Below are positions 37,330 to 46,857 of a stretch of DNA of 64,000 nucleotides, in pieces. This stretch comes from Blastocatellia bacterium (GTDB taxonomy: Bacteria > Acidobacteriota > Blastocatellia > UBA7656). A model generated the notes under the pieces. That model saw only the letters and a program-made list of their open reading frames with translations. It did not search any database and had not been told where the DNA came from. Both the position numbers and the translations under genes were made by a program. How positions within the stretch are numbered: position 1 is the first letter of the stretch; the number at the start of each line of letters is the position of its first letter. Where the stretch lies: assembly GCA_963765495.1 (NCBI GenBank), contig CAVXWP010000002.1, positions 480,001 through 544,000 of the forward strand, in the 5' to 3' direction.

Positions 37330-37335
37330 TTCGAA

Positions 37336-38766
37336 ATGGAATTGGAAGGCAAAAAGGTACTGGTCGTCGGCATCGCTCGCAGCGGAGTGGCGGCTGCTCG
37401 GCTGCTCGCCTCCCGAGGTGCGATGGTGATAGCAAACGACATCCGCAACGAGTCGGCGCTCGTTTCCGAGGTCGAGCAGTTACGCGAGGCGGGCGTGATG
37501 ATTTCGCTTGGCAGCCATCCTGAAAGCCTCTTTGATAATGCCGATCTGATAGTGCTATCTCCGGGCGTGCCGGGCAATATCGCGCCGCTTCAAATAGCCC
37601 GACGGGCCGGTATCAAAATCATCAGCGAGGTCGAGCTTGCTTCTCGCTTCCTGCGAGGCAGATGGATCGGCATCACGGGCTCGAACGGCAAGACCACGAC
37701 TACGGCGCTTATAAATGAGTTGATGCGCGCGGCGGGCGCGAAAACCATAGTAGGAGGAAACATAGGCACGGCGCTCACAAGCATGGTCGAAGCATCGAGT
37801 GACGATTCGTGGATCGTGGCGGAGCTTTCCAGCTTTCAACTCGAAGAGATCGAGAAACTGCGGCCAGAGGTTGCGCTCATCACAAACATCACGCCCGATC
37901 ACCTTGACCGCTACGACTCGCTCGATGATTACGTGCGGGCCAAACACCGGATATTTATGAACCAGTCGGGTTCTGATTGGGCTGTGCTGAACGGCCAGGA
38001 CCCGACCATCAACGAGATGGTTTTGTCGATGGGAGTGCCTTCCAAACGTGTCTATTTCAGTTCGCGCGGAAGCGGCACGCTCTCGGGCGAGAGGGCCGGA
38101 ATCTATGTAAGCGGCGACCGGATCGTCACGACGCTTCTGGCCGAAGGCGATAGCGAAATCGATGTAATCGCGCTCGAAGACATCTCAATACCCGGCATGC
38201 ACAATGTCGAAAACGTGATGGCCGCGCTCGCCGTGACCTTTTGCGCGAAGGAGATAGGTGAGAGCGATCTGCCCGCTTTGCGAGATGCCATCAAAGGTTT
38301 CAAGGGCGTAGAGCATCGCATCGAGTTCGTAGCTGAAATTGACGGGGTTAAATTCTACAACGATTCTAAGGCGACCAATGTTGATTCGACAATAAAGGCG
38401 CTTGAGGCTTTTGCCGGAAATCTGATCCTGATTCTGGGCGGTAAAGACAAGGGCAGCGACTACACTCTGCTTGAGACGCTCGTGCAAGAGCGCGTCAAGC
38501 AAATAATTCTGATCGGCGCGGCGAGCGATAAAATCCTTGGGCAGTTAGAGGGTACGCGCCCGATGACTCGCGCGTCTTCGATGGAAGACGCCGTGATGAA
38601 ATCCCTTGAGAGGGCCGTGCCCGGCGATACGGTGCTGCTCTCTCCGGCCTGCGCCAGCTACGATATGTTCGACAACTACGAACATCGTGGCCGCGTGTTT
38701 AAGGAAGCGGTTCTCAAACTGACCAAACGGCTCGACCACGGGGAGAGCGGCGCGGTCACGATGTAA
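37336..38766 (+). CDS. murD: UDP-MurNAc-L-Ala:D-Glu ligase MurD
   Basis: VLSPGV, GITGSNGKTTT, ELSSFQLE, NDSKATN and LLSPACASYDMF motifs. Start placed at ATG 37336. Confidence 0.96.
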   Translation: MELEGKKVLVVGIARSGVAAARLLASRGAMVIANDIRNESALVSEVEQLREAGVMISLGSHPESLFDNADLIVLSPGVPGNIAPLQIARRAGIKIISEVELASRFLRGRWIGITGSNGKTTTTALINELMRAAGAKTIVGGNIGTALTSMVEASSDDSWIVAELSSFQLEEIEKLRPEVALITNITPDHLDRYDSLDDYVRAKHRIFMNQSGSDWAVLNGQDPTINEMVLSMGVPSKRVYFSSRGSGTLSGERAGIYVSGDRIVTTLLAEGDSEIDVIALEDISIPGMHNVENVMAALAVTFCAKEIGESDLPALRDAIKGFKGVEHRIEFVAEIDGVKFYNDSKATNVDSTIKALEAFAGNLILILGGKDKGSDYTLLETLVQERVKQIILIGAASDKILGQLEGTRPMTRASSMEDAVMKSLERAVPGDTVLLSPACASYDMFDNYEHRGRVFKEAVLKLTKRLDHGESGAVTM

Positions 38767-38778
38767 GGCGGAGTCCAG

Positions 38779-39963
38779 GTGAAAACAGGTTACAAGGTGA
38801 CAAACCCGCGATGGAAGCGTGACCGCGCGCCGCTTTCCGGCATGGCGACAGGGAGTCTGAATGCCGGGCGCGAGTTGTCTGTTGACAAGCTGTTGCTGAC
38901 GCTCGTGATAGGGCTGACGCTGTTCGGGGTAGTAATGGTCTACAGCGCATCGGCCATACTGGCTGAACAGAATTACGGCAGCCAGTTTTACTTTCTCACC
39001 CGGCAGGCAATATGGGCCGGACTTGGCCTTGTGGCAATGGCCGTCGCCATGCGAATAGATTATCGCCACTACAAGCGACCGGCGGTCGTGATGACATTGT
39101 TAGGTGTGACTTTCCTGCTTCTGGTTGCGGTATTCGCCTTTCCAAAGGTCAATGCCACACACCGATGGATCAGATACGGCGGGTTCTTTTCACTGCAACC
39201 GGCTGAATTTGCCAAACTGGCTCTGGTAGCCTTTTTGGGGTTCTTCCTTGAAAGGAAAGCCAAAGAATTGGACGACTTGAAAGAGACATTTTTGCCCGTG
39301 GTCGCGATATCGGGATTGATGATAGTGCTGGTGGCTGCCGAACCCGATCTGGGCACGGCAATGTCTTTGGGGCTTGTGTTCGTAGTCATGGCCTTTCAAG
39401 CCGGTGTTCCCGTGCGCCGTCTTGCATTGCTGGCTGTCCCGGCAGCGCCCGCGCTGGCCGGGATGCTCATATTCGTGCCGTGGAGGCTCCAGCGCCTGAT
39501 GGATTTCGTAGACCCGTGGAAGAATCAGACTACTTCGGGATTTCAAGTAGTTCAATCGCTGATAGCGATAGGGAGCGGGGGGACAAGCGGAGTCGGATTC
39601 GCGCAGGGCAAGCAGAAGCTTTTTTATTTGCCCGCGCCGCACTCTGATTTCATATTCGCGGTCATCGGTGAAGAGTTGGGATTGATCGGGTCGATCACTA
39701 TCGTCTTTCTCTTCGCAATGCTGGCTTGGCGCGGGTTCAAAGCGGCGAAATGCGCCCCCGACATGTTTGGACAACTCGTAGCCGTAGGAATGACCGTGAT
39801 GATCGCGGCACAGGCATTCTTTAATATGAGTGTGGCGCTTTCGCTTGTGCCTACCAAAGGCATACCGTTGCCCTTCATCAGCCACGGCGGCTCGTCGCTT
39901 GCCATCAGCCTGTTTGCAGCGGGCGTGCTGTTGAATGTGTCCAAACACGGGAGGACGGGGTGA
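38779..39963 (+). CDS. ftsW: Cell division SEDS protein FtsW
   Basis: MVYSAS, QPAEFAK, EPDLG, HSDFIFAVIGEELG and PTKGIPLPFISHGGSS motifs. Confidence 0.95.
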   Translation: MKTGYKVTNPRWKRDRAPLSGMATGSLNAGRELSVDKLLLTLVIGLTLFGVVMVYSASAILAEQNYGSQFYFLTRQAIWAGLGLVAMAVAMRIDYRHYKRPAVVMTLLGVTFLLLVAVFAFPKVNATHRWIRYGGFFSLQPAEFAKLALVAFLGFFLERKAKELDDLKETFLPVVAISGLMIVLVAAEPDLGTAMSLGLVFVVMAFQAGVPVRRLALLAVPAAPALAGMLIFVPWRLQRLMDFVDPWKNQTTSGFQVVQSLIAIGSGGTSGVGFAQGKQKLFYLPAPHSDFIFAVIGEELGLIGSITIVFLFAMLAWRGFKAAKCAPDMFGQLVAVGMTVMIAAQAFFNMSVALSLVPTKGIPLPFISHGGSSLAISLFAAGVLLNVSKHGRTG

Positions 39964-40058
39964 TTTTAGATTTTGGATTTTGGATTTGAAGAGATAATTT
40001 GCATACAGCTTTAATACTCAATCCAAAAATCTAAAATCCAAAATCCAAAATCCAAAAT
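39961..40058. repeat. Heptamer (GATTTTR)n inverted-repeat element
   Basis: TGATTTTAGATTTTGGATTTTGGATT ... AAAATCTAAAATCCAAAATCCAAAATCCAAAAT, starting at the ftsW stop. Confidence 0.9.
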
Positions 40059-40062
40059 TGAT

Positions 40063-41148
40063 ATGAGGGTCATCATCGCGGCGGGCGGGACAGGCGGGCA
40101 TATTTATCCGGGCGTGGCCATCGCGCACGAACTCAGACGGCGCGATCCCGGCGCGGAGATTCTCTTTGTAGGCACGGCGCGAGGGCTTGAATCGAAGATC
40201 GTGCCGCGTGAAGGCTTCGAGCTGGAATTGATAAAGGTAGGCGCTCTCAAGGGCGTATCGGTCTTTGAAAGAACAAAGTCGCTTTCGGAACTGCCCACAA
40301 GTTTTGTCTCCGCGCTCGGGATACTGAGGCGATTCCGGCCCGATGTGGTAATCGGAGTTGGCGGCTATTCGTCGGGGCCTACGCTGTTGATGGCGGCGCT
40401 TCGGAGGATACCCACGATGGTCGTGGAGCCAAACGCGATGCCCGGCTTTACAAATCGCGTGCTGGCGCGTTTCGTAAAGGCCGCCGCGCTGACATTTGAA
40501 GAGGCGAAGCCGTATTTCCGTGGTCGCGCGGTTGTGACGGGGAACCCGGTTCGCGGCGACTTTGCAAACTTGAAGAAGAAAGAGAGAGGCGATAAGTTGC
40601 ACATCCTTATATTTGGGGGCAGTCAGGGCGCGCATGCCATAAATACTACGATGGCACAGGCTCTGCCTTTGCTCGCAAATAAGAGAGATGATCTGGTCAT
40701 CACGCATCAGACCGGCGAGCGGGATTTGGAAGAGGTCAAGCGCGGATACGCGGAGGCCGGTTTTGAAGGCGCTGACGTGAGGCCGTTCATACACGACATG
40801 GCCAGCCATTTCGAGCAGGCGGATGTGCTGATATGCAGGGCGGGCGCTACGACAGCGGCAGAGGTCGCGGCAGCCGGGAAGGCGGCAATATTTGTTCCCT
40901 TCCCTTTTGCGACCGACGACCATCAGCGCAAAAACGCCGAGGCATTTCAAAACGCGGGCGCGGGCCGGATGATACTTCAACAGGAGTTGTCGCCCGAACG
41001 GATGGCCAAAGAGATAATCAACTTGATCGAGCGACCCGAAGAGATCAGCCGTATGGAAGAGGCCAGCCGCGCGCTCGGCCACAAGGATTCGACCGAGCGC
41101 GCCGTTGATCTGGCATTTGAGATTTCAAATTTGAGGTCTGAGATTTGA
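40063..41148 (+). CDS. murG: MurG GlcNAc transferase
   Basis: [29 protein letters not shown] and HQRKNA motifs. Confidence 0.96.
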   Translation: MRVIIAAGGTGGHIYPGVAIAHELRRRDPGAEILFVGTARGLESKIVPREGFELELIKVGALKGVSVFERTKSLSELPTSFVSALGILRRFRPDVVIGVGGYSSGPTLLMAALRRIPTMVVEPNAMPGFTNRVLARFVKAAALTFEEAKPYFRGRAVVTGNPVRGDFANLKKKERGDKLHILIFGGSQGAHAINTTMAQALPLLANKRDDLVITHQTGERDLEEVKRGYAEAGFEGADVRPFIHDMASHFEQADVLICRAGATTAAEVAAAGKAAIFVPFPFATDDHQRKNAEAFQNAGAGRMILQQELSPERMAKEIINLIERPEEISRMEEASRALGHKDSTERAVDLAFEISNLRSEI

Positions 41149-41158
41149 GATTCGATTT

Positions 41159-42538
41159 ATGCTTTTTAGAGGAATAAGACATATTCACCTAGTCGGCATA
41201 GGCGGAATCGGCATGAGCGGAATCGCCGAGGTCCTGCTCTCGCTTGGCGAAAACTTCCGCGTGACCGGAAGCGATATGAAACGCTCGCCGATTACCGACC
41301 GGCTTGAAGCGATGGGCGCAACCGTCTGGGAAGGTCACAGCAGCGAACACATCGCCGAGGCCGATGTGGTTGTCATCTCGTCAGCAATACGAGACGACAA
41401 CCCGGAGGTGACGGCGGCGCGCCAGCGATTGATTCCAGTCATTCCGCGCGCCGAGATGCTTGCGGAATTGATGCGGCTTTACCGCCACGGAATAGCGGTC
41501 GCGGGCACTCACGGCAAGACCACGACTACTTCGATGATCGCGCATCTGATGACCGCTACGAGTTTCGACCCGGCCGTAGTCGTCGGGGGTCGCGTGGCTT
41601 CGCTTGGTTCGAATGCCCGGCTCGGGCGGGGCGAATACATCGTCGTGGAGGCGGATGAATCGGACGGGTCGCTTTTGATGCTTACGCCGACAATCGCCGT
41701 GCTTACAAACATTGACAGCGACCATCTCGACTTTTTTTGCGGAGGGATCGACGAAATAAAAACCTGCTTCGCATCATTCGTCAACAGAGTGCCGTTTTAC
41801 GGCTCGATCATCCTCTGCCTCGACGATCAAAACGTGCAGGAGATCATCCCGCAGATCGCCCGGCGAACGATCAGCTACGGGCTTGCGGCGCAGGCCGATG
41901 TTTCGGCGTGGAATGTTCAGTCGAACGCGAATTTCGGCTCGGAATTCACCGTGCGCGCCTTTGGTTCTGAGATGGGAAAGATGACGCTTCCGGTGCCCGG
42001 TCTCCATAACGTCTACAACGCACTGGCCACGGTGGCGGTGGGGCTGGACCTCAACATGGAGTTCGACTCGATAGTCGAGGCTATGAGCGGGTTTCACGGA
42101 GCCGAGCGAAGGTTTCAGATCAAAGGCGAAGAATCGGGCGTACTGGTCGTCGACGATTACGGTCATCATCCGACCGAGATAAAGGCGACGCTCGCCGCCG
42201 CGCGCACTTCGGGTCGGCGGGTTATCACCCTGTTTCAGCCGCATCGCTACACGCGCACGCGCGACCTTTTGGACGATTTCGCCCGCGCCTTTTATGGCGC
42301 TGACATACTGCTTGTCGCAGATATTTATGCGGCGAGCGAAGACCCGATTGAGGGAATAACCGGCCAGGCACTGGCCGAAAAAATAGAGCGCTTCGGCCAC
42401 CGACATGTCGAGTATATTGGCAAACTCGCGAGCGCAGCCCCAAGATTGAAAGAGATCGCCCAGCCCGGCGACCTCGTTCTGACGCTCGGAGCAGGCAACG
42501 TGTGGCAAGCAGGAGAAGAGTTGCTCAAAATCCTATGA
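41159..42538 (+). CDS. murC: UDP-MurNAc:L-Ala ligase MurC
   Basis: [32 protein letters not shown] and FQPHRYTR motifs. Confidence 0.97.
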   Translation: MLFRGIRHIHLVGIGGIGMSGIAEVLLSLGENFRVTGSDMKRSPITDRLEAMGATVWEGHSSEHIAEADVVVISSAIRDDNPEVTAARQRLIPVIPRAEMLAELMRLYRHGIAVAGTHGKTTTTSMIAHLMTATSFDPAVVVGGRVASLGSNARLGRGEYIVVEADESDGSLLMLTPTIAVLTNIDSDHLDFFCGGIDEIKTCFASFVNRVPFYGSIILCLDDQNVQEIIPQIARRTISYGLAAQADVSAWNVQSNANFGSEFTVRAFGSEMGKMTLPVPGLHNVYNALATVAVGLDLNMEFDSIVEAMSGFHGAERRFQIKGEESGVLVVDDYGHHPTEIKATLAAARTSGRRVITLFQPHRYTRTRDLLDDFARAFYGADILLVADIYAASEDPIEGITGQALAEKIERFGHRHVEYIGKLASAAPRLKEIAQPGDLVLTLGAGNVWQAGEELLKIL

Positions 42539-42552
42539 AAAGAAGTCACACA

Positions 42553-42677
42553 GACACGCGGGTCAAGAGACCCCCGGACGCGGAGAGACGGGGACGCGGC
42601 GAAAAGGGCATGAATTTTATCAGCCCCGCCCGCCGAGCAAATCCCCGCATCCCGGCGTCTGCGCGTCTCCGTGTCTC
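42553..42677. repeat. Octamer-based (GACGCGGR-like) imperfect inverted-repeat element
   Basis: GGACGCGGAGAGACGGGGACGCGGCGA ... TCCCCGCATCCCGGCGTCTGCGCGTCTCCGTGTCTC, between murC and ftsQ. Confidence 0.7.
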
Positions 42678-42694
42678 AAGTGGGAGGTGGCATT

Positions 42695-43693
42695 TTGGGA
42701 GCGACACAAAAGAGCGGATCCGGCGCACGCGCGCAGGTCGTTATCCCGCGTTCATCGCGGAAGATAAAACGGCCGCGGTCGCACAAATCACCCTTTTCGG
42801 GCGCGGGCGATTTGCTGCAATCTGTTTCCGTATTCCTGAAGCCAGCGGCAGTCGTCGTTTTCGTAGTGCTTATGATCTATGGCTATAACGCGGTGGCCGG
42901 ATCGAAGTTGTTTGAACTCAACAGGGTCGAGGTCAATACAAAAAGCGATGGTCTTCGCAAGGACGTTGAAGAGACGGTGCGTCGCGCCGTGGGGCAATCG
43001 AAATTGCTCGACATCGACCTTGAGGCTATAAGGAAGAGCGTTGAGTTGCTACCTCGGGTACGCTCGGCCACGGTGGCGCGGGCATTGCCCGATGCAATCT
43101 CGGTCCACGTGACCGAGCGGCAGCCTGTGGTGCTCGCGCGGCGCGAATCGGGGCAACTGGTCTGGGTCGATGATGATGGTGTAGAGATGGGCGACATTTC
43201 GGATTTCAGGTCCGAGGGGTCGAAGGATGGTTCAGGCGAGAGGGCGGCTATCCCCCCAATCGCAAAAGGGCTTTCGGAAGGCAAACGCTCGTCGGCTGCT
43301 GTAGCCGATGACCGCGAGCGCATAGCTCTTTACAAAGAGATCGAAGACGGGTTCAAGAAGGAACCGAATCCCGTCTGGGGTCTGCTTGACGAGATTGACC
43401 TGACCTTTATAAGAGACGTGAACATGCGGCTGGCAAATTCGCCGGTCACGGTACACGTCGGAGGCCAGGATTTTCGCAATCGGTTTGAGACGGCTATACA
43501 GGTGCTGGCCGCCATCAAACAGGGAGATTCCGAACTGTTGAGCCGCTTCCGAATCCAGGACCCGGAGCGGCTGATCGAAAACGCGGATAACATCAATTTC
43601 ATAGATGTGGCGCGTTCTGACCGTATAGTTTTGAACTTCTCCAGCCCCGGCAGGGAGAAGATAGCCGTAAAGCAGGAGACTAATAAGAAGTGA
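42695..43693 (+). CDS. ftsQ: Cell division protein FtsQ/DivIB
   Basis: Basic N-terminal tail, TM helix, POTRA-type LPRVRSATVARALPDAISVHVTERQP, located before ftsA. Start TTG follows GGGAGG. Confidence 0.88.
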   Translation: MGATQKSGSGARAQVVIPRSSRKIKRPRSHKSPFSGAGDLLQSVSVFLKPAAVVVFVVLMIYGYNAVAGSKLFELNRVEVNTKSDGLRKDVEETVRRAVGQSKLLDIDLEAIRKSVELLPRVRSATVARALPDAISVHVTERQPVVLARRESGQLVWVDDDGVEMGDISDFRSEGSKDGSGERAAIPPIAKGLSEGKRSSAAVADDRERIALYKEIEDGFKKEPNPVWGLLDEIDLTFIRDVNMRLANSPVTVHVGGQDFRNRFETAIQVLAAIKQGDSELLSRFRIQDPERLIENADNINFIDVARSDRIVLNFSSPGREKIAVKQETNKK

Positions 43694-43784
43694 TGCGCGA
43701 AGCGTGATGCGTGATTTTTCGGCAAGGGTCGGATCAAGAGCAACCGGCTGAATATCACGAATCACGAATCACACATCACGCATC
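43690..43784. repeat. Heptamer inverted-repeat element, family A
   Basis: GTGATGCGCGAAGCGTGATGCGTGAT ... ATCACGAATCACGAATCACACATCACGCATC. Contains the ftsQ stop. Confidence 0.85.
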
Positions 43785-43811
43785 GCTCAATGCAGGGCCG
43801 GAGGATTATCA

Positions 43812-45047
43812 ATGCCAAAGGGACATAAACATATTGCCGCGCTCGACATCGGAACGACCGAGGTCAGGGCAGTAGTCGGCGAAATAACAGAAACAGATCA
43901 ACTTGAAATTATCGGCATCGGTCGCGCGCCCTCGCGTGGTGTGCGCAAAGGCGTCGTGGTCAATATTGAAGCTACGGTAGATGCCATAAAACATGCCGTG
44001 GAAGAAGCGGAGATGATGTGCGGTCTGCCCGTTGACGCGGTCTATGTGAGTCTGGGAGGCGCGCAGGTGCGAGGAGTCAACTCTCGGGGAGTCATCGCGA
44101 TCAGTCGCCGCAATCGTGATATTACCGAAGAGGATGTCTATCGCGTGATCGAGCAGGCGCGGGCCGTTAGCGTGCCTACCGATCGCGAAATCATAGATGT
44201 GCTGCCGCAAGAGTTCACCGTCGACGGCCAGGATGGTATAGGCAACCCCATAGGCTTTCTCGGCATGCGGCTAGAGGCCGCCGTCCATGTCGTGACCTCG
44301 CCAATCACCGCGCGCCAAAACGTCATCACCTCGGTCAATCGCTCGGGGATGATGGTAACCGATACGGTTGTCTCTCACGTCGCGGGCAGCGAATCTACGC
44401 TCACCCCGGATGAGAAAGAGTACGGCGCGGCAGTCATAGACATCGGAGCGGACATAACCAATCTGACTATCTATTTCCGCGATGCCATAAGGCACACGGC
44501 GGTCTTTCCGATGGGGGGCAGCCATTTCACAAACGACATCGCCGTCGGTCTGCGCACTCCGGTCCCGGAAGCCGAGCGCATAAAGCGGAGCGAAGGCTGC
44601 GCGCTTGTGGCCCTCATGGCCGACCACGAACGCATGCAGATGGTGGAAGTCCCGTCCGTAGGCGGACGCCAGCCGCGCATGCTCAGCCGTCAGATACTCT
44701 GCGAGATTCTTCAGCCGCGGGCCGAAGAGATATTCTCACTGGCAGGGGACGAAATACAGCGCGCCGGGTTTGAGCGACAGATACTGTCGAGCGTTGTGCT
44801 GATAGGCGGCGGTTCGCTGATGGACGGGGTGGTCGAGATGGCCGAGCAGGTGCTCGATTTGCCCGCCCGCCACGGCATGCCCGATTTCGTCGGCGGGCTT
44901 ACGGGCGAGATAGACAGTCCCGCCTATGCAACGGTAGTCGGTACCATGCTTTACGGTTTTCACAAGCAGATGAATATGAAAAAAATTCATTCGCTCAAGG
45001 ATGGAGCGCCGAAACCAACCGGCTTTTTGCGCAGAATGTTTGGGTGA
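43812..45047 (+). CDS. ftsA: Cell division protein FtsA
   Basis: ALDIGTT, GVRKGVVVNI, IDIGA, TNDIAVGLRTP..AERIK and LIGGGS motifs. Confidence 0.96.
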   Translation: MPKGHKHIAALDIGTTEVRAVVGEITETDQLEIIGIGRAPSRGVRKGVVVNIEATVDAIKHAVEEAEMMCGLPVDAVYVSLGGAQVRGVNSRGVIAISRRNRDITEEDVYRVIEQARAVSVPTDREIIDVLPQEFTVDGQDGIGNPIGFLGMRLEAAVHVVTSPITARQNVITSVNRSGMMVTDTVVSHVAGSESTLTPDEKEYGAAVIDIGADITNLTIYFRDAIRHTAVFPMGGSHFTNDIAVGLRTPVPEAERIKRSEGCALVALMADHERMQMVEVPSVGGRQPRMLSRQILCEILQPRAEEIFSLAGDEIQRAGFERQILSSVVLIGGGSLMDGVVEMAEQVLDLPARHGMPDFVGGLTGEIDSPAYATVVGTMLYGFHKQMNMKKIHSLKDGAPKPTGFLRRMFG

Positions 45048-45087
45048 AAAAAAACTAAAAAATGTTTACAAGCATCCGAAAAAATAG

Positions 45088-45116
45088 TTGTGAGGCTAGG
45101 GCGACTGTGCTACTAT
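45088..45116 (+). promoter_or_regulatory. Putative internal ftsZ promoter
   Basis: TTGTGA-N17-TACTAT with extended -10 TG at 45108-45109. Confidence 0.55.
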
Positions 45117-45375
45117 GCGGTGTGTCTTCAGGAACAAGGTCTACCATATATTGTAGCAATCGGCTGCCCGCCTCAAAGGCATTGTTAGGAGAACCCCCAC
45201 CGCGATGGACGCCAGACAACAGCGCCCAGAGGGGTATTTGTGTGTGTTTGTCAGACACCTCTGGCAATGTTTGAAGTATTTGCAGTTTGAATAGGCTTTG
45301 AGGATGAGTGAGTATCGGCAATATTGCCCTTCGCTCACCCGGTTGCTAATTGATAGCTCGCAGGAGGCACCCATA

Positions 45376-46527
45376 ATGTCAACGGACGAACGAAAAGAAA
45401 TCCGCAGCGGACTCATAACATTCGATGAACCGATCCAGGCGGTCAACGGAGCCAATATAAAGGTGATTGGCATCGGTGGCGGAGGCGGCAATGCGGTAAA
45501 CAGAATGATCGAAGCCGGGATCGAAGGGGTCCAGTTCCTGGTTGCAAATACGGATCTGCAGGCTTTGAAAAATTCCAGGGCCTCGATAAAGCTCCAGGTA
45601 GGCGAGAAATTGACTCGCGGGCTTGGGGCGGGCGGCGACCCCGAGATAGGTCGCCAGTCGGCGCTTGAAGACACGGAGAAGATCATCGAAGCGATTGAAG
45701 GCGCTGATATGGTCTTTATCACTACGGGACTGGGCGGCGGAACCGGCACGGGCGCGGCCCCGATAATCGCAAGCCTCGCCACAGAGCTTGGCGCGCTCAC
45801 GGTCGCCGTTGTGACAAAGCCTTTCCGTTTCGAAGGACGCCGCCGCCAGCGCCAGGCCGAACAGGGGCTCAACGAATTGCGCGAATGCGTCGATACGGTC
45901 ATCACGATCCCAAACGAGCGATTGCTAAACGCGGTTACAAAGGCCACTCCCTTTGTCGAATCCTTCAAGCTGGCTGACGATGTTCTGCGCCAGGCCGTGC
46001 AGGGCATATCCGACATCATCACCGTGCCCGGCCTGATAAACGTGGATTTTGCTGATGTTAAGACCATCATGGCCGGGATGGGCATAGCCCTTATGGGAAC
46101 GGGGTCGGCATCGGGCGAAAGCCGCGCGCTTGAAGCCACTCAGCGAGCTATATCGAGCCCGCTGCTGGAAGAGGCTTCGATAGAAGGGGCAAAGGGATTG
46201 CTTGTGAATGTGACGGGCGGGACCGATTTGACGCTGTTTGAGGTCAACGAGGCGATGTCGATCATCCACGATTCGGCAGACCCGGATGCCAACATCATAT
46301 TCGGCGCTGTGCTTGACGACCGTCAGGGCGACGAGATGAAAATAACCGTAATCGCTACAGGATTTGAAAAAGCGGTGACATCGGCAGAGCCTGTGCGCCC
46401 GTTTCCGGGACCGCCTTCGAACGACCCGCGAGGCGGAGGTCCGGGACATCGAAACGACGATATGGGCGAACCAATCCGCCGCGACGATATAAATGTTCCG
46501 GCCTTTATGCGCAAGAAAGCCGATTAG
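45376..46527 (+). CDS. ftsZ: Cell division protein FtsZ
   Basis: [15 protein letters not shown] tubulin signature, INVDFAD and C-terminal [18 protein letters not shown] before ATG 45376. Confidence 0.98.
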   Translation: MSTDERKEIRSGLITFDEPIQAVNGANIKVIGIGGGGGNAVNRMIEAGIEGVQFLVANTDLQALKNSRASIKLQVGEKLTRGLGAGGDPEIGRQSALEDTEKIIEAIEGADMVFITTGLGGGTGTGAAPIIASLATELGALTVAVVTKPFRFEGRRRQRQAEQGLNELRECVDTVITIPNERLLNAVTKATPFVESFKLADDVLRQAVQGISDIITVPGLINVDFADVKTIMAGMGIALMGTGSASGESRALEATQRAISSPLLEEASIEGAKGLLVNVTGGTDLTLFEVNEAMSIIHDSADPDANIIFGAVLDDRQGDEMKITVIATGFEKAVTSAEPVRPFPGPPSNDPRGGGPGHRNDDMGEPIRRDDINVPAFMRKKAD

Positions 46528-46552
46528 CGCCGAAAGACTCCTGCAAGCTAAG

Positions 46553-46587
46553 GGGCCGCTGCTCATTTTGCAGCGGCCCTTTGTTTT
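46553..46587 (+). terminator. Rho-independent terminator of the dcw cluster
   Basis: GGGCCGCTGC-TCATTTT-GCAGCGGCCC followed by TTTGTTTT. Confidence 0.88.
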
Positions 46588-46857
46588 ATAGTTGAATGAG
46601 CGTGCTGAAAGTAAAAATCCCGGACCTTCAGGTGAATTCATTTGAGTTTTCCGCCGGGGAGCACTAAAATGCATTTTGCTCGCCAAGATTCCATCGGAGG
46701 ATCGTTATGCTGTATTTGCAGCCCTATCAACGAGGTCCTGCAACATAAACCGGACACACTGCAATATCTATAGTTTCCTTTTCAGCAACCAGAGTGATAA
46801 AACCCTCTTTGAAGGGTAGGGATATTCAAGCCCGTGTCGTAGCGGAGACATAACTGG

